DNA of 64,000 nt from Spirochaetia bacterium (GTDB taxonomy: Bacteria; Spirochaetota; Spirochaetia; SZUA-6; Bin103), in NCBI GenBank assembly GCA_965199955.1, contig CBDATQ010000001.1, positions 2,016,001 through 2,080,000 of the forward strand, given 5' to 3'. A program made the translations under genes and the position numbers. Under the pieces are notes generated by a model. It had not been told where the DNA came from and did not search any database. It saw only the letters and a list, made by a program, of their open reading frames with translations. This document shows positions 30,097 to 39,782 of the stretch, piece after piece (the stretch's first letter is position 1; every line of letters begins with the position of its first letter).

Positions 30097-32661
30097 ATGA
30101 CAAACCGACTCACCTTTACCGTCAAGCCCCACCTCCCGGAGCGCCTGGCGCCCCTGGCCGATCTGGCCCATGACTTCTGGATTACCTGGCACTTCGACGC
30201 CATCCGCCTGTTCATGCGGTTCGGCGCCGACGCATGGGAGCAGGCCCAGCAGAGCCCTCTGCGGCTGCTCAGCGAGTTGCCGCAGGAGCGGCTCCACGAG
30301 ATGGAGCGGGACAAGGCATTCCTCGCCCACATGGACCAGGTCATCGCCGACTACCACGATTACCTGCAGGCCGATCCGTGGTACTCTGGACCTCGCGACG
30401 CCGTGGTCGCCTACTTCTCCATGGAGTTCGGCCTGGACGCCACCCTGCCGATCTATTCCGGCGGCCTGGGGGTGCTGGCCGGCGACCACTTGAAGAGCTG
30501 CTCCGACCTGGGGTTGCCGGTCGTGGGCGTGGGGCTGCTCTACCGCACCGGTTACTTCCGCCAGCGCGTCACCATGGACGGCCACCAGCTCGAGAGCTTT
30601 CCGGCCAACGACTTCTACAACATGCCTCTCATGCTGTGCACTTCTGCAGACGGCGAGCCGGTGACGATTACCGTGGATCTGGGCGGAGAACGGGCGCATG
30701 CGTGCATCTGGCGCGTCCGGGTGGGACGCGTGCCGCTCTATCTGCTCGACACCGACATCGACGCCAACGACCCGTCGACGCGCGAGATCACCGGTCAGCT
30801 CTACGTGTCGGACCGCCGCATGCGCCTGCGCCAGGAACTGCTGCTGGGCATCGGCGGCATTCGCGCGCTGCGCGCCCTGGAGATCCCGGTCGCGGTGACC
30901 CACATGAACGAGGGGCACTCGGCGTTCCTGGCCCTGGAGCGGGTCCGTGAGCTGATGCACGAGCACGGCATGAGCTACTTCGAGGCACTGCAGGCGGTGT
31001 GGAGCACCACGGTGTTCACCACCCACACGCCGGTGCCGGCCGGCAACGAGACGTTCGACCCGCACCTGGTGCTGGACCAGGCCAGAGCGCTGCGCTCCGC
31101 CCTGGGGCTGGACGAGCACGAGTTCCTGTCGCTGGGCCGCATCGGGCACGACGGCGACGCGCACGGCCAGTTCGGGCTCACGCCGCTCGCCCTGCGCCTG
31201 GCCGCGCACTGCAACGGGGTCAGCAAGCTGCACGGCCAGGTGTCGCGCCGCATGTGGCGCAGCCTGTGGCCGGGCGTGCCGGCGGACGAAGTGCCGATCC
31301 GCCACATCACCAACGGCGTCCACCTGCGGAGCTGGATCTCGCATGACGTCCAGGAGCTGCTGGTGCGCTACCTGGGGCCGGCGGTGGCCAAGCACGCGCC
31401 CGAGGTGGCGGTGTGGCGGCAGGTGGACAACATCGCCGACGAGGAGCTGTGGCGGACGCACGAGCGGCGACGCGAACGGGTGATCTGGTTCGCCCGCCGG
31501 CGCATCGTGGCGCAGATGCGGCGCGAAGGGGCCGCGGAGGCCGATCTGCGGGCGGCCGAGGTGGCGCTGCGCCCGGACGCCCTGACGATCGGATTCGCGC
31601 GCCGGATTGCCGGTTACAAGCGCCCGGGCCTGCTCTTCCGTCAGCCGGAGCGCCTGGTGCGGCTGCTCAGCAGCCGCGAGCAGCCGGTGCAGATCATCTT
31701 CGCCGGCAAGTCGCACCCCAACGATCACCAGGGCAAGGAGATGATCCGGCGCATCGTCCAGTTCGCGACCGAGCACGACCTGCGCAGCCGGATGGTGTTC
31801 CTGGACGACTACGACATCAACGTGGCGCGCTACCTGGTCGCGGGCTGCGACGTGTGGCTCAACATCCCGCGCCGGCCGCACGAGGCCAGCGGCACCAGCG
31901 GCATGAAGGCGTCGGTCAACGGATCGCTGATGGTGTCCACCCTGGACGGTTGGTGGGACGAGGCGTACAGCCCGGACATCGGCTGGTCCGTGGGCTCAGG
32001 CGAGACCTACCAGGACGAGAACATCCAGGACGAGCTGGAGGCCGACGCCGTGTTCGCGGAGCTGGAGCACATGGTCATCCCGATGTTCTACGACCGCAGC
32101 ATCGACGGCCTGCCGCGCGCGTGGATCGCCAAGATGCGGCATTCGATGACCGTGATCGGCGAGCACTTCAGCGCGCAGCGCATGGTCGCCGAGTATCACG
32201 GCAACCTCTACGAACCGGCGCTCGCGCACGCCCGCCGGCTGCACGACTCGGGGTACCGGGACGCCGTGGAGCTCGCCGGCCACCTGCAGCGGCTGCACCA
32301 CCACTGGCCGGGGATCGCGGTCGAGCAACTCGACTCCGACAGCTCTGCGATGCTGGAGGTGGGCGACTCATTGGACGTCACCGCGCGGATCCGGCTGGGC
32401 GGACTGGAGCCGTCCGACGTGCAGGTGGCGCTCTATCATGGCGCGTTGCCCGGCAGCATCGACCTTCAGCCGGGCGACGACGAGATCGTCGACGGGCAGA
32501 GCACGCCCATGGAGCTGATCGAACGGCACGGGGAGTCGGCGACCTACCGCGCGAGCGCGATGTGCCGGAAGACGGGGAGGGTGGCCGCGACGGTGCGCGT
32601 GATGCCCGACCATCCCTTCCTTCCCCATCCGTTCGTGCCGGGGCTGTTCCTCCAGGGATGA
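30097..32661 (+). CDS. glgP: Alpha-glucan (glycogen/maltodextrin) phosphorylase
   Basis: YFSMEFG, YSGGLGVLAGD, HMNEGH, FTTHTP, EASGTSGMK (PLP lysine), STLDGWW. Confidence 0.95.
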   Translation: MTNRLTFTVKPHLPERLAPLADLAHDFWITWHFDAIRLFMRFGADAWEQAQQSPLRLLSELPQERLHEMERDKAFLAHMDQVIADYHDYLQADPWYSGPRDAVVAYFSMEFGLDATLPIYSGGLGVLAGDHLKSCSDLGLPVVGVGLLYRTGYFRQRVTMDGHQLESFPANDFYNMPLMLCTSADGEPVTITVDLGGERAHACIWRVRVGRVPLYLLDTDIDANDPSTREITGQLYVSDRRMRLRQELLLGIGGIRALRALEIPVAVTHMNEGHSAFLALERVRELMHEHGMSYFEALQAVWSTTVFTTHTPVPAGNETFDPHLVLDQARALRSALGLDEHEFLSLGRIGHDGDAHGQFGLTPLALRLAAHCNGVSKLHGQVSRRMWRSLWPGVPADEVPIRHITNGVHLRSWISHDVQELLVRYLGPAVAKHAPEVAVWRQVDNIADEELWRTHERRRERVIWFARRRIVAQMRREGAAEADLRAAEVALRPDALTIGFARRIAGYKRPGLLFRQPERLVRLLSSREQPVQIIFAGKSHPNDHQGKEMIRRIVQFATEHDLRSRMVFLDDYDINVARYLVAGCDVWLNIPRRPHEASGTSGMKASVNGSLMVSTLDGWWDEAYSPDIGWSVGSGETYQDENIQDELEADAVFAELEHMVIPMFYDRSIDGLPRAWIAKMRHSMTVIGEHFSAQRMVAEYHGNLYEPALAHARRLHDSGYRDAVELAGHLQRLHHHWPGIAVEQLDSDSSAMLEVGDSLDVTARIRLGGLEPSDVQVALYHGALPGSIDLQPGDDEIVDGQSTPMELIERHGESATYRASAMCRKTGRVAATVRVMPDHPFLPHPFVPGLFLQG

Positions 32662-32725
32662 CACGGCCCGTGGAGACGTCGGCGATGCCGATGGGCTATG
32701 GCCGGTCGGTGGCGCGGATGGAGCC

Positions 32726-33505
32726 ATGAGCCCCGGCACGCGCGGCATCATCATCGGAGCCGGCCGCGGCAGTCGCTTGATGCCTGCCACGGAGAACACG
32801 CCCAAGTGCTTCGCCGAGGTGGGCGGGAAGCGCATACTCGACTGGGTGCTGGCGGCCTTCCAGGACAACGGCATCAACGATGTCTGCTTCATCGGTGGCT
32901 ACAGGATCGACGTCGTCCGCGCAGCGTATCCCCGGCTCACGTTCCGAACCAACGCCAACTGGGAGCGCAACAACATCCTTGCCTCCCTGATGCACGCCGA
33001 GGATCTGATGGACGGGCCATTCATCTGCTGCTACTCCGACATCCTGTTTACCCCGGAGGTCATTCGGCGGGTGATGAACGACTGCCGCGACATCGCTCTG
33101 GTCGTGGACACGGAGTGGTCCGATCGCTACCGATACCGCACTGACCACCCGGCGGACGACGCCGAGAAGGTGATCGCGGCGGATGGACGGATCACGCGCA
33201 TCCATCGTGACATTGGGGAGTCTGCCGCGTACGGCGAGTTCACAGGCGTCTCGAAGTTCTCCCGCTCGGGAGCCACGCTCTTGAGAGAGCACTATCATCG
33301 CTGCCGGCGCCGTTACGCCGGTGCCAGCTTCCGAGAGGCGCCGTCATTCGAGAAGGCCTACCTCATCCATCTGTACCAGGAGATGCTGGAACAGGGCGTG
33401 CCAATCGCGCACGTCGACACGCCCGGAGAGTACGTGGAGATCGACACCCAGCAGGACTTCGAGCTGGCGCGCGCGCACTGGGACGGTGGTGGCGCGCGTG
33501 GGTGA
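32726..33505 (+). CDS. NTP-transferase, LicC/phosphocholine-cytidylyltransferase-like
   Basis: IIGAGRGSRLMP...PKC, YSDILF, GEFTGVSKFS, VEIDTQQD. Confidence 0.85.
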   Translation: MSPGTRGIIIGAGRGSRLMPATENTPKCFAEVGGKRILDWVLAAFQDNGINDVCFIGGYRIDVVRAAYPRLTFRTNANWERNNILASLMHAEDLMDGPFICCYSDILFTPEVIRRVMNDCRDIALVVDTEWSDRYRYRTDHPADDAEKVIAADGRITRIHRDIGESAAYGEFTGVSKFSRSGATLLREHYHRCRRRYAGASFREAPSFEKAYLIHLYQEMLEQGVPIAHVDTPGEYVEIDTQQDFELARAHWDGGGARG

Positions 33506-34624
33506 CCATCGCGAGCGCTTCCTGTTTCCCACTTCGGTGGTAGGTTCCGTGCCGCGACCACAATTCGTTCGCGACCTCATCGGTGCCTCCGGGTCCCTTG
33601 CCGCGGAGGACTACGGCGCGCGGATGGACGCCGCCGTCCGCTACGTCGTCGCCATGCAGGAGCACGCCGGTCTCGACGTCGTCACCGACGGTGAGTGGCG
33701 GCGCCGGTCCTACATCGGCGTGATTGCGGAGCTGGCCCACGGCTTCGAGCTTTCGGCCAACCCTGCCGACGGTCGCCCATGGACGGTGGTGGTAGACAGG
33801 CTGGCGCCCAAAGCGACGGGGTTCATCGCCCGTGAGGTTGCGTTTCTCAAGAGCGTGACGTCGCGTGCAGTGAAAGCCACGTTGCCGGCACCGGCGCTGC
33901 TCGGGGAACGCATGTGGGATGCGCAGCGCTCGTCGCAGGCGTATCCCACGCGAGAGCAGTTCGTGCGCGACTGCGTGCCGATCCTGCGACGCGAGGTGGA
34001 ACTGGTGTGTGACGCCGGGGCGGATGTGATTCAGATCGACGACCCGCACCTGTGCCTGTTCGTGGATCCCGACGTCCGGGCCGGCTACGAAGATCCCGAC
34101 GCTGCGGCCGACTTTTCGGTGGACATGGTGAACCAGGTGTTGAGCGGTCATCACGCCATGGCTGCAGACGTGACGACCGCCGTGCACCTCTGTCGGCGCG
34201 CCGGTGCCCGTGCGCGCGGTGAGCGCAGCCATCGCGGCGACTACGCGCCTACGTTGCCCAGCTCAATCGGCTGCAAGCGCAGCACCTGACGTTGGAGTTC
34301 ACCACTCCGGAGGCCGGCGACATGCAGGTGTTGCGCGATCTGCGGGAGGAACTGCAGATCGGTCTCGGCTGCGTCAGCGTAACGCCCGGGCAGATCGATA
34401 CCGCTGCTCAGATCGTGCAGCGGGTGGAAGCGGCGCTGCAATTCGTCGCGCCGGAGCGGATCACCCTCAACCCGGACTGCGGCTTTGCACCTGGCTCGGG
34501 CGCCGACGTCTCCATGGACGAGGTATACGCCAAGCTGACGGCAGAAGTCGCGGCCGCGCGTATGCTGCGGGAGACGGCACGCGCCGATCCCGGTTACTTC
34601 TGTTGCTGGAAGAAGCGCCGATAG
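33498..34624 (+). pseudogene. Cobalamin-independent methionine synthase II (single-barrel MetE-like) protein, 1-nt frameshift
   Basis: VVGSVPRP, VTDGEWRR, IQIDDP, HLC, then in another frame LEF...NPDCG; shift at CCC 34257-34259, possibly a sequencing error. Confidence 0.85.
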
Positions 34625-34722
34625 ACTTCTTCCTCGGAGAGCGTTTCGGAGTGGAACCAGGTCGAGCAGATCCACTCCGACAGCGCTGCCACGCTCGAGG
34701 TGGGCGCTCGCTGGACGGACGG

Positions 34723-35631
34723 TCAGGCGCCGTTCCTGACCACGTAGGCGGTCGAAAGCAGTTCGAGCGCATCATCGAACACGGTCTCGGTGTCGGCAAA
34801 CCGCACCGCGGAAATGGCCGCGCACTCGGTGGCCGCGCCTTTCGACAGGAACGATCCGGAGACCGGCGAGACGTCGGAGTAGTCGCGGCCGACGGCCAGC
34901 TTGATGTAGTCGCTGGCGGGCGGAAACAGGACGCCACGGGTGGGGTCGGCCGCGACCCAGCCGGACCGCGGATGGAGCACCTCCAGCCAGGCGTGGGTCT
35001 CTCCCACTTGTCCCGTGAGCAGCCCGCTGACGTAGCGGCAGGGGATGCTCAGCGCGCGCAGCATGCCCAGGGCCAGGTGGGTCTTGTCCTGGCACACTCC
35101 TTCCCTGGTTGCCAGCACCTGCTCGGCAGTGGTCGTGACCCCGGTGGCGCCGCGCCGGTATCCGATCTCGCGGTGCACCCACTCGACGGTCGCACGTACC
35201 GCCGCCAGCAGGGAGCCGGCGTCGCCAGCGACCTCCTGCGACACCGCCGCGACGCCTTCGGGATCGATCAGCGGCGACCTGAACGCGAAGTCGAAGCCGT
35301 CCGGCAGATCGGTGACCTCGGCCAAGGCGGAGTCCTCGGGCGCCGGCGCCGCATCAGCCAGCCGGATCCGTCCCGCCGTGGCGACCACGAGGCGGTCGTG
35401 CGGCGCGAAGATGCGGACGCGCTGCACGCGGTTGCCGAAGCGGTCCCGGTACTCCACGGAGCGGCCTTCGGGCCGGGTCCACATCTGCTGGCCCATCGGC
35501 TCCTGGGACGCGTCGGCAAGGGGAAAGATGCGGAGCTGATTGTCGTTGTGCAGGACCCGGTCGGAGTAACCGTAGTGCGCTGCGTAGATATACGACGCCG
35601 TGACCGTCTGTGCCGCTAGCTGAGCACCCAT
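34723..35631 (-). CDS. Transglutaminase-like protein
   Basis: GVCQD, RYVSG, HAW, ADPT triad motifs; VGRDYSDVSPVSG; start uncertain. Confidence 0.9.
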   Translation of the reverse strand: MGAQLAAQTVTASYIYAAHYGYSDRVLHNDNQLRIFPLADASQEPMGQQMWTRPEGRSVEYRDRFGNRVQRVRIFAPHDRLVVATAGRIRLADAAPAPEDSALAEVTDLPDGFDFAFRSPLIDPEGVAAVSQEVAGDAGSLLAAVRATVEWVHREIGYRRGATGVTTTAEQVLATREGVCQDKTHLALGMLRALSIPCRYVSGLLTGQVGETHAWLEVLHPRSGWVAADPTRGVLFPPASDYIKLAVGRDYSDVSPVSGSFLSKGAATECAAISAVRFADTETVFDDALELLSTAYVVRNGA

Positions 35632-35846
35632 GTGGGCTTGCACAGTCCCCCCGAAGAGTTGTTGGTGATGCGGCTGCCTTCCAGCGCCACCCGGGGCAGG
35701 CCGCCGGGGAACACCGTGACCTCGCCGTCCGCGCCCTGAATGGCGAATACCCGCAGGTCCACGTGGCGTGGCTCCAGCATGCCGTTCCGCTCATTCAAGA
35801 CGACGTGTTGGGAGAAGTCCAGCGCGTCTTGCGCGATGAACATCAA
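35616..35846 (-). pseudogene. C-terminal remnant of a circularly permuted ATP-grasp (type 2) ligase
   Basis: IAQ...PRHVDLRVF...PGGLPRVAL...NNSSGGLCKPTWV matches the family C-terminus; only 76 aa remain. Confidence 0.8.
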
Positions 35847-36367
35847 TCCTGCGCGGCTGCTTCCCGAGTGTCGATATCGTCGATCATCAGAACGTCGATG
35901 TCAGGGACGGATCCGAAGGCTCGGTCCGTGGTCACCAGGTGGTCGGCCCCGAGGCGTAGTGCCGTCGCGAGAATGACGGAGTCGGTCGTGAGCAGGCCGT
36001 GCTCTGATTGCAGGTCGAGCGCTCGGTCAAAGTCCGCGCGGCTGTGCGGTGCGATCCGCAGTCCCATGTCCTGCAAGGCGTCCAGCTTGGTTCGGTAGAC
36101 GTGCAGCCGCCGCGCGAGCTCGGGGCGCGAGGCGAGCTTGCGCGCGGGGTTGGAGCCCGTAAGCTTCCCGGTCGCTCGCGCCTCGATGAGCATGAGTCGA
36201 TGGCACACTTCCAGGAGCGCCGCAAAGGGCAGGATGCCGACGATCGTCGCCTGCGTGCAGCGAGCCAGCAACGCCTGTGCCTGTTCGGAGTATCCTGCTG
36301 CCGCATAGATCAGGATGTTCGCGTCGATGCAGCACCGCGACCCCGTGGGAATCGCCTCGACCGTCAC
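35843..36367 (-). CDS. PIN-domain (VapC) toxin
   Basis: IDANILIY, LLEVCHRLM, LLTTDSVI, VTTDRAF. Confidence 0.88.
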   Translation of the reverse strand: MTVEAIPTGSRCCIDANILIYAAAGYSEQAQALLARCTQATIVGILPFAALLEVCHRLMLIEARATGKLTGSNPARKLASRPELARRLHVYRTKLDALQDMGLRIAPHSRADFDRALDLQSEHGLLTTDSVILATALRLGADHLVTTDRAFGSVPDIDVLMIDDIDTREAAAQD

Positions 36368-36606
36368 GGGGCCAGCATATCGTCGTCGATGATGAGTTGC
36401 AGGTCGGCCGGTTCGACCGGCATCGGGCTCTCGCAGAACACGCGGTACGCCCGCATCGCCCGCTGTTGGTCGGGTCGCCGCTCGGCGAGGTATCCGATGA
36501 GCGCTTCGCTGATCACGTCGCTGATGCGCCTGCCTTCCTCGGCCGCAACGCGCCGGACCTCCATGACGAGGTCTTCCTCCAGCAGCGTCCCGACCTTCTG
36601 TTTCAT
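36364..36606 (-). CDS. Ribbon-helix-helix antitoxin (VapB-like)
   Basis: MKQKVGTLLEEDLVMEVRRVAAEEGRRISDVISEAL; GTGA overlap with toxin. Confidence 0.8.
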   Translation of the reverse strand: MKQKVGTLLEEDLVMEVRRVAAEEGRRISDVISEALIGYLAERRPDQQRAMRAYRVFCESPMPVEPADLQLIIDDDMLAP

Positions 36607-36641
36607 CTTTCGAGAATGCGGTAGAGTTCTACCGTTGTCAA
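36607..36641 (-). promoter_or_regulatory. Sigma70-type leaderless promoter with palindromic operator in the spacer
   Basis: Minus strand: TTGACA-N17-CATTCT-N6-ATG; spacer contains CGGTAGA-AC-TCTACCG. Confidence 0.75.
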
Positions 36642-36642
36642 G

Positions 36643-38091
36643 ATGAACGGCGTCTGGGTCACCCGCGGCTTCGCGGCGTTTCGGCGCGGCACCTTCGGCA
36701 ATGCCGGTCAGAATCTCTACGTGTCGCGGGCCGGGTTGCTGCAGCGCATCCATCACCTGGACCTGAATCGCGACGGCTACGCGGACCTGCTGTTCTGCAA
36801 CGCGCAGGGGCACCTGGAGGCGCCGCCGGCCTGCGTGTACGGGGACGTCTTCGGCGCCTGCGAGCGCACCGAGCTGCCCGCCGGCGGCAGCCCCACCGCG
36901 GCTGTGGCTGACATCTCGGGCGACGGCCATGCCGACCTGATCATCGGCAACGAGAAGAGCGGCAACGCCGGCCGCATGAACGCCAACGTCTACTTCGGAT
37001 CGCCGGACGGCCTGAGCGAGCGCTACCAGACCGTGCTGCCGGCGCACCGCTGCACGTCGGTGGCTGCCGGCGTCTTCGACGGGGACGGCCGCGCGGAGCT
37101 GATCGTGACCGCGGCCGACCGGCCGCCGCGCATCTACTGGGGCGGCGCCGTCGGCACCGATCCGGAGTGCTGGTCTGACGTTCCCGCTCCCGACGGGTGG
37201 GCGCCGGTTGACCTTGCCGAAACCGAGGAGCTGTCCGAGACCGAGCGCGTGGGCGCCGTGGCGCCGCTGGCGATCGCCGTCGACCTGGGCTCCGAACCGC
37301 TGGTATTCGTCGCCGGCGGGGCGACGCAGTTCCTGGTGCCGGTCACCCCGGAACGCGGCTTCGGCCCGCCGCTGCGGCTCGCGTGCCGCAACGCCCTGGC
37401 GGTGGCGGCCGGGGATTTCGACGGCGACGGCCGGATCGACCTGGCGATCGCGCCGGCCTGGCGCAACCGCTGCGTGATCCTGCGCGGCGGCCCGGACGGG
37501 TTCAGCACTGAACGAGCATGGGTCCTGCCCACCTCGTTCAGCGCCGGCTATCCGGTGGCGCACGACATCACCGGTAACGGCTATCCCGACCTCCTGCTCG
37601 GCGGCGGCAAGCCCAACCCCGGCCAGCCGCACGACTCGTTCAACCACGTCTTCTGGAACGGGCCCGAGGGGTTGCGCGCCGACCGGCAGACGCAGCTCCC
37701 GTCCAACTGCGGCCACGGCCTGGCGGTCGCCGACTTCGACGGCGACGGGGTTCCCGACCTGCTGAGCTGCGGCTACCAGAGCGCCGTCGACCGGGACGTG
37801 GACGCGGTCATCTACTGGGGCAATCACGACACGGGATTCCGCGCCGGCGACTTCACGCGGCTGCGCGCGCACTCGTCGGCCGGCTGCCTCGCGGCCGACT
37901 TCGACGGCGACGGCCGCGTCGACATCGCCATCGCAAACCACAAGATCTTCGGCGATCACGTGGGCGAGTCCTTCGTGTACTGGAACAGTCCGGACGGATT
38001 CAGCGAGCAGCGGGTCACGCGCCTGCCGAACGGCGGCTGCACCCCCCGCGTGCGCGAAGTCCGGGTAGAGTACGGGGAGCGCCAACCATGA
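36643..38091 (+). CDS. FG-GAP/VCBS repeat protein
   Basis: Seven DxxGDGxxD-like repeats, most followed by YWG/FWN-xxxG; no signal peptide evident. Confidence 0.85.
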   Translation: MNGVWVTRGFAAFRRGTFGNAGQNLYVSRAGLLQRIHHLDLNRDGYADLLFCNAQGHLEAPPACVYGDVFGACERTELPAGGSPTAAVADISGDGHADLIIGNEKSGNAGRMNANVYFGSPDGLSERYQTVLPAHRCTSVAAGVFDGDGRAELIVTAADRPPRIYWGGAVGTDPECWSDVPAPDGWAPVDLAETEELSETERVGAVAPLAIAVDLGSEPLVFVAGGATQFLVPVTPERGFGPPLRLACRNALAVAAGDFDGDGRIDLAIAPAWRNRCVILRGGPDGFSTERAWVLPTSFSAGYPVAHDITGNGYPDLLLGGGKPNPGQPHDSFNHVFWNGPEGLRADRQTQLPSNCGHGLAVADFDGDGVPDLLSCGYQSAVDRDVDAVIYWGNHDTGFRAGDFTRLRAHSSAGCLAADFDGDGRVDIAIANHKIFGDHVGESFVYWNSPDGFSEQRVTRLPNGGCTPRVREVRVEYGERQP

Positions 38092-38101
38092 TCGGACAGG
38101 C

Positions 38102-38950
38102 ATGATCGTCGACACGCACGTGCACGTCTGGGAGATGCCGCCGGTCGCGCCGATCGGTCCGACCGCGTCATCGTTCACCTCGCTGCCGGAGGAAGCGGCC
38201 CCGGTGGAGCTGCTGATCGAGGACATGGACGCCAACGGCGTCGACGCCGCGGTGCTGGTGCAGACGAGCTGGTCGACCTGGGACAACACCTACGTCGCCG
38301 AAGCGGCCTCGAAGCATCCGGGCCGGCTGCGCTCGATCGGCCTGATCGATCCTCTGGACCCGGGCAGCGCGGACCTGGTCGGGCACTGGATGGACAAGTT
38401 GGGGATGCGAGGCTTCCGCTTCCATCCCGACTACTATTCGGACGCCGAGATCCTCACATCGCCCCCTGCCGGGCTGATTCTCGGAGCGATCGAGGACCGC
38501 AGTGGCATCGTCAAGGTGCACAACCGCGTCTCCAACGCGCACCAGCTCGCCGACGCCGCGCGCCGCCATCCCGGCATCACCTGGATCATCGATCACCTGA
38601 TGTACCCGGAGCCGGACATGGCCGCGGACGGCTGGCGCGACTACGATCCGGTCCTCCGCCTGGCGGAGCGGGAGAACGTCTTCCTGACGATCTCGGACGT
38701 GCACAGCCGCTCGGACGTGGAGTTTCCGTACCGAGACTTGCACGCGGTGATCAAGCGCGGGATCGACGCGTTCGGCATCGACCGCTGCCTGTGGGGCACC
38801 GGCTATCCCGGCCACCTCCGCGTCGCGCATGGCTGGCCGCCGCTGGCCGACGAGCTGCGCCTGATGCGCGAGGGCCTCGACTGGCTGACCGCCACCGAGC
38901 GCGCGTCGATCCTCGGCGGGAACGCCAGAAGGCTCTACGGCTATGGCTGA
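38102..38950 (+). CDS. Amidohydrolase_2 family protein
   Basis: VDTHVHVW, IIDHL, RCLWGTGYP. Confidence 0.88.
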   Translation: MIVDTHVHVWEMPPVAPIGPTASSFTSLPEEAAPVELLIEDMDANGVDAAVLVQTSWSTWDNTYVAEAASKHPGRLRSIGLIDPLDPGSADLVGHWMDKLGMRGFRFHPDYYSDAEILTSPPAGLILGAIEDRSGIVKVHNRVSNAHQLADAARRHPGITWIIDHLMYPEPDMAADGWRDYDPVLRLAERENVFLTISDVHSRSDVEFPYRDLHAVIKRGIDAFGIDRCLWGTGYPGHLRVAHGWPPLADELRLMREGLDWLTATERASILGGNARRLYGYG

Positions 38951-39782
38951 TCCGAAGCCCGTCTCTCCGCAGACGCTGTCGGGGCAGGTCGCCGTGGTCA
39001 CCGGCGCGGCGCAGGGGCTGGGAAGGGGCATCGCGGAGACCGTCGCGTCCCGTGGCGCCACGGTGATCGTCGCTGACCTGCAGGAAGACAAGGCCGAGGC
39101 GGTCGCCGCCGCGATCGCCGGCGACGGACTGGCCGCGGCAGCAGCCCGCCTGGACGTCACGTCGACCGCCGAGGTGGACGGTTTCTTCGCCGAGGTCCGT
39201 CAGGCGCAGGGGCGGCTGGACATTCTCGTGAACAGCGCCGGGCTGGGCCAGAACGTGGCGCCGGTCGTCGAGCTCGGCGACGAGGAGTGGGAACGGGTGC
39301 TGAACGTGAACCTGAATGGCACGTTCAAGTGCTGCCGCGCGGCCGCGCGGATCATGGAGCGCCAGGAGTCCGGGTGCATCGTCAACCTGGCGTCGATCAA
39401 CGGCCAGAACCCCGCTGCGTGGGTCGCCGCGTACAACGTGGCCAAGGCCGGGGTGATCGGCTTCACGCGTTCGCTGGCGCTGGAGCTCGCTGCGTACGGC
39501 GTCCGCGTCAACGCGATCTGTCCGGGACCGGTGTACACGGACTTCAACCGGCGGGTGATGGCGCAGCGCTGCCAGACGCTGGGGATCACGGAGGAGGAGA
39601 TGATCGAGCGGATCCGGCAGGCGATTCCCTTGGGCCGTTGGGGCGAGCCCGAGGACATCGCCTTCGCGGTCGCCAACCTCTGCGACCCGAACTCCTCCTG
39701 GGTGACCGGCGAGATCCTGCGCATCTCCGGCGGCATGGAGGGCGTCGCCGCCGCGCCGCGCAGGCGGGCCGCGGGCTCGTGA
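38943..39782 (+). CDS. Short-chain dehydrogenase/reductase
   Basis: TGAAQGLG, YNVAK, VNAICPG. Confidence 0.93.
   Translation: MADPKPVSPQTLSGQVAVVTGAAQGLGRGIAETVASRGATVIVADLQEDKAEAVAAAIAGDGLAAAAARLDVTSTAEVDGFFAEVRQAQGRLDILVNSAGLGQNVAPVVELGDEEWERVLNVNLNGTFKCCRAAARIMERQESGCIVNLASINGQNPAAWVAAYNVAKAGVIGFTRSLALELAAYGVRVNAICPGPVYTDFNRRVMAQRCQTLGITEEEMIERIRQAIPLGRWGEPEDIAFAVANLCDPNSSWVTGEILRISGGMEGVAAAPRRRAAGS

Noticed and set aside
32726..33505. glgC (ADP-glucose pyrophosphorylase) because it follows glgP
   Set aside because: Only 259 aa, no beta-helix domain, LicC-type motifs
37400..37925. DNA repeats as a CRISPR or tandem array
   Set aside because: They encode FG-GAP peptide repeats, are irregularly spaced, and no cas genes are present
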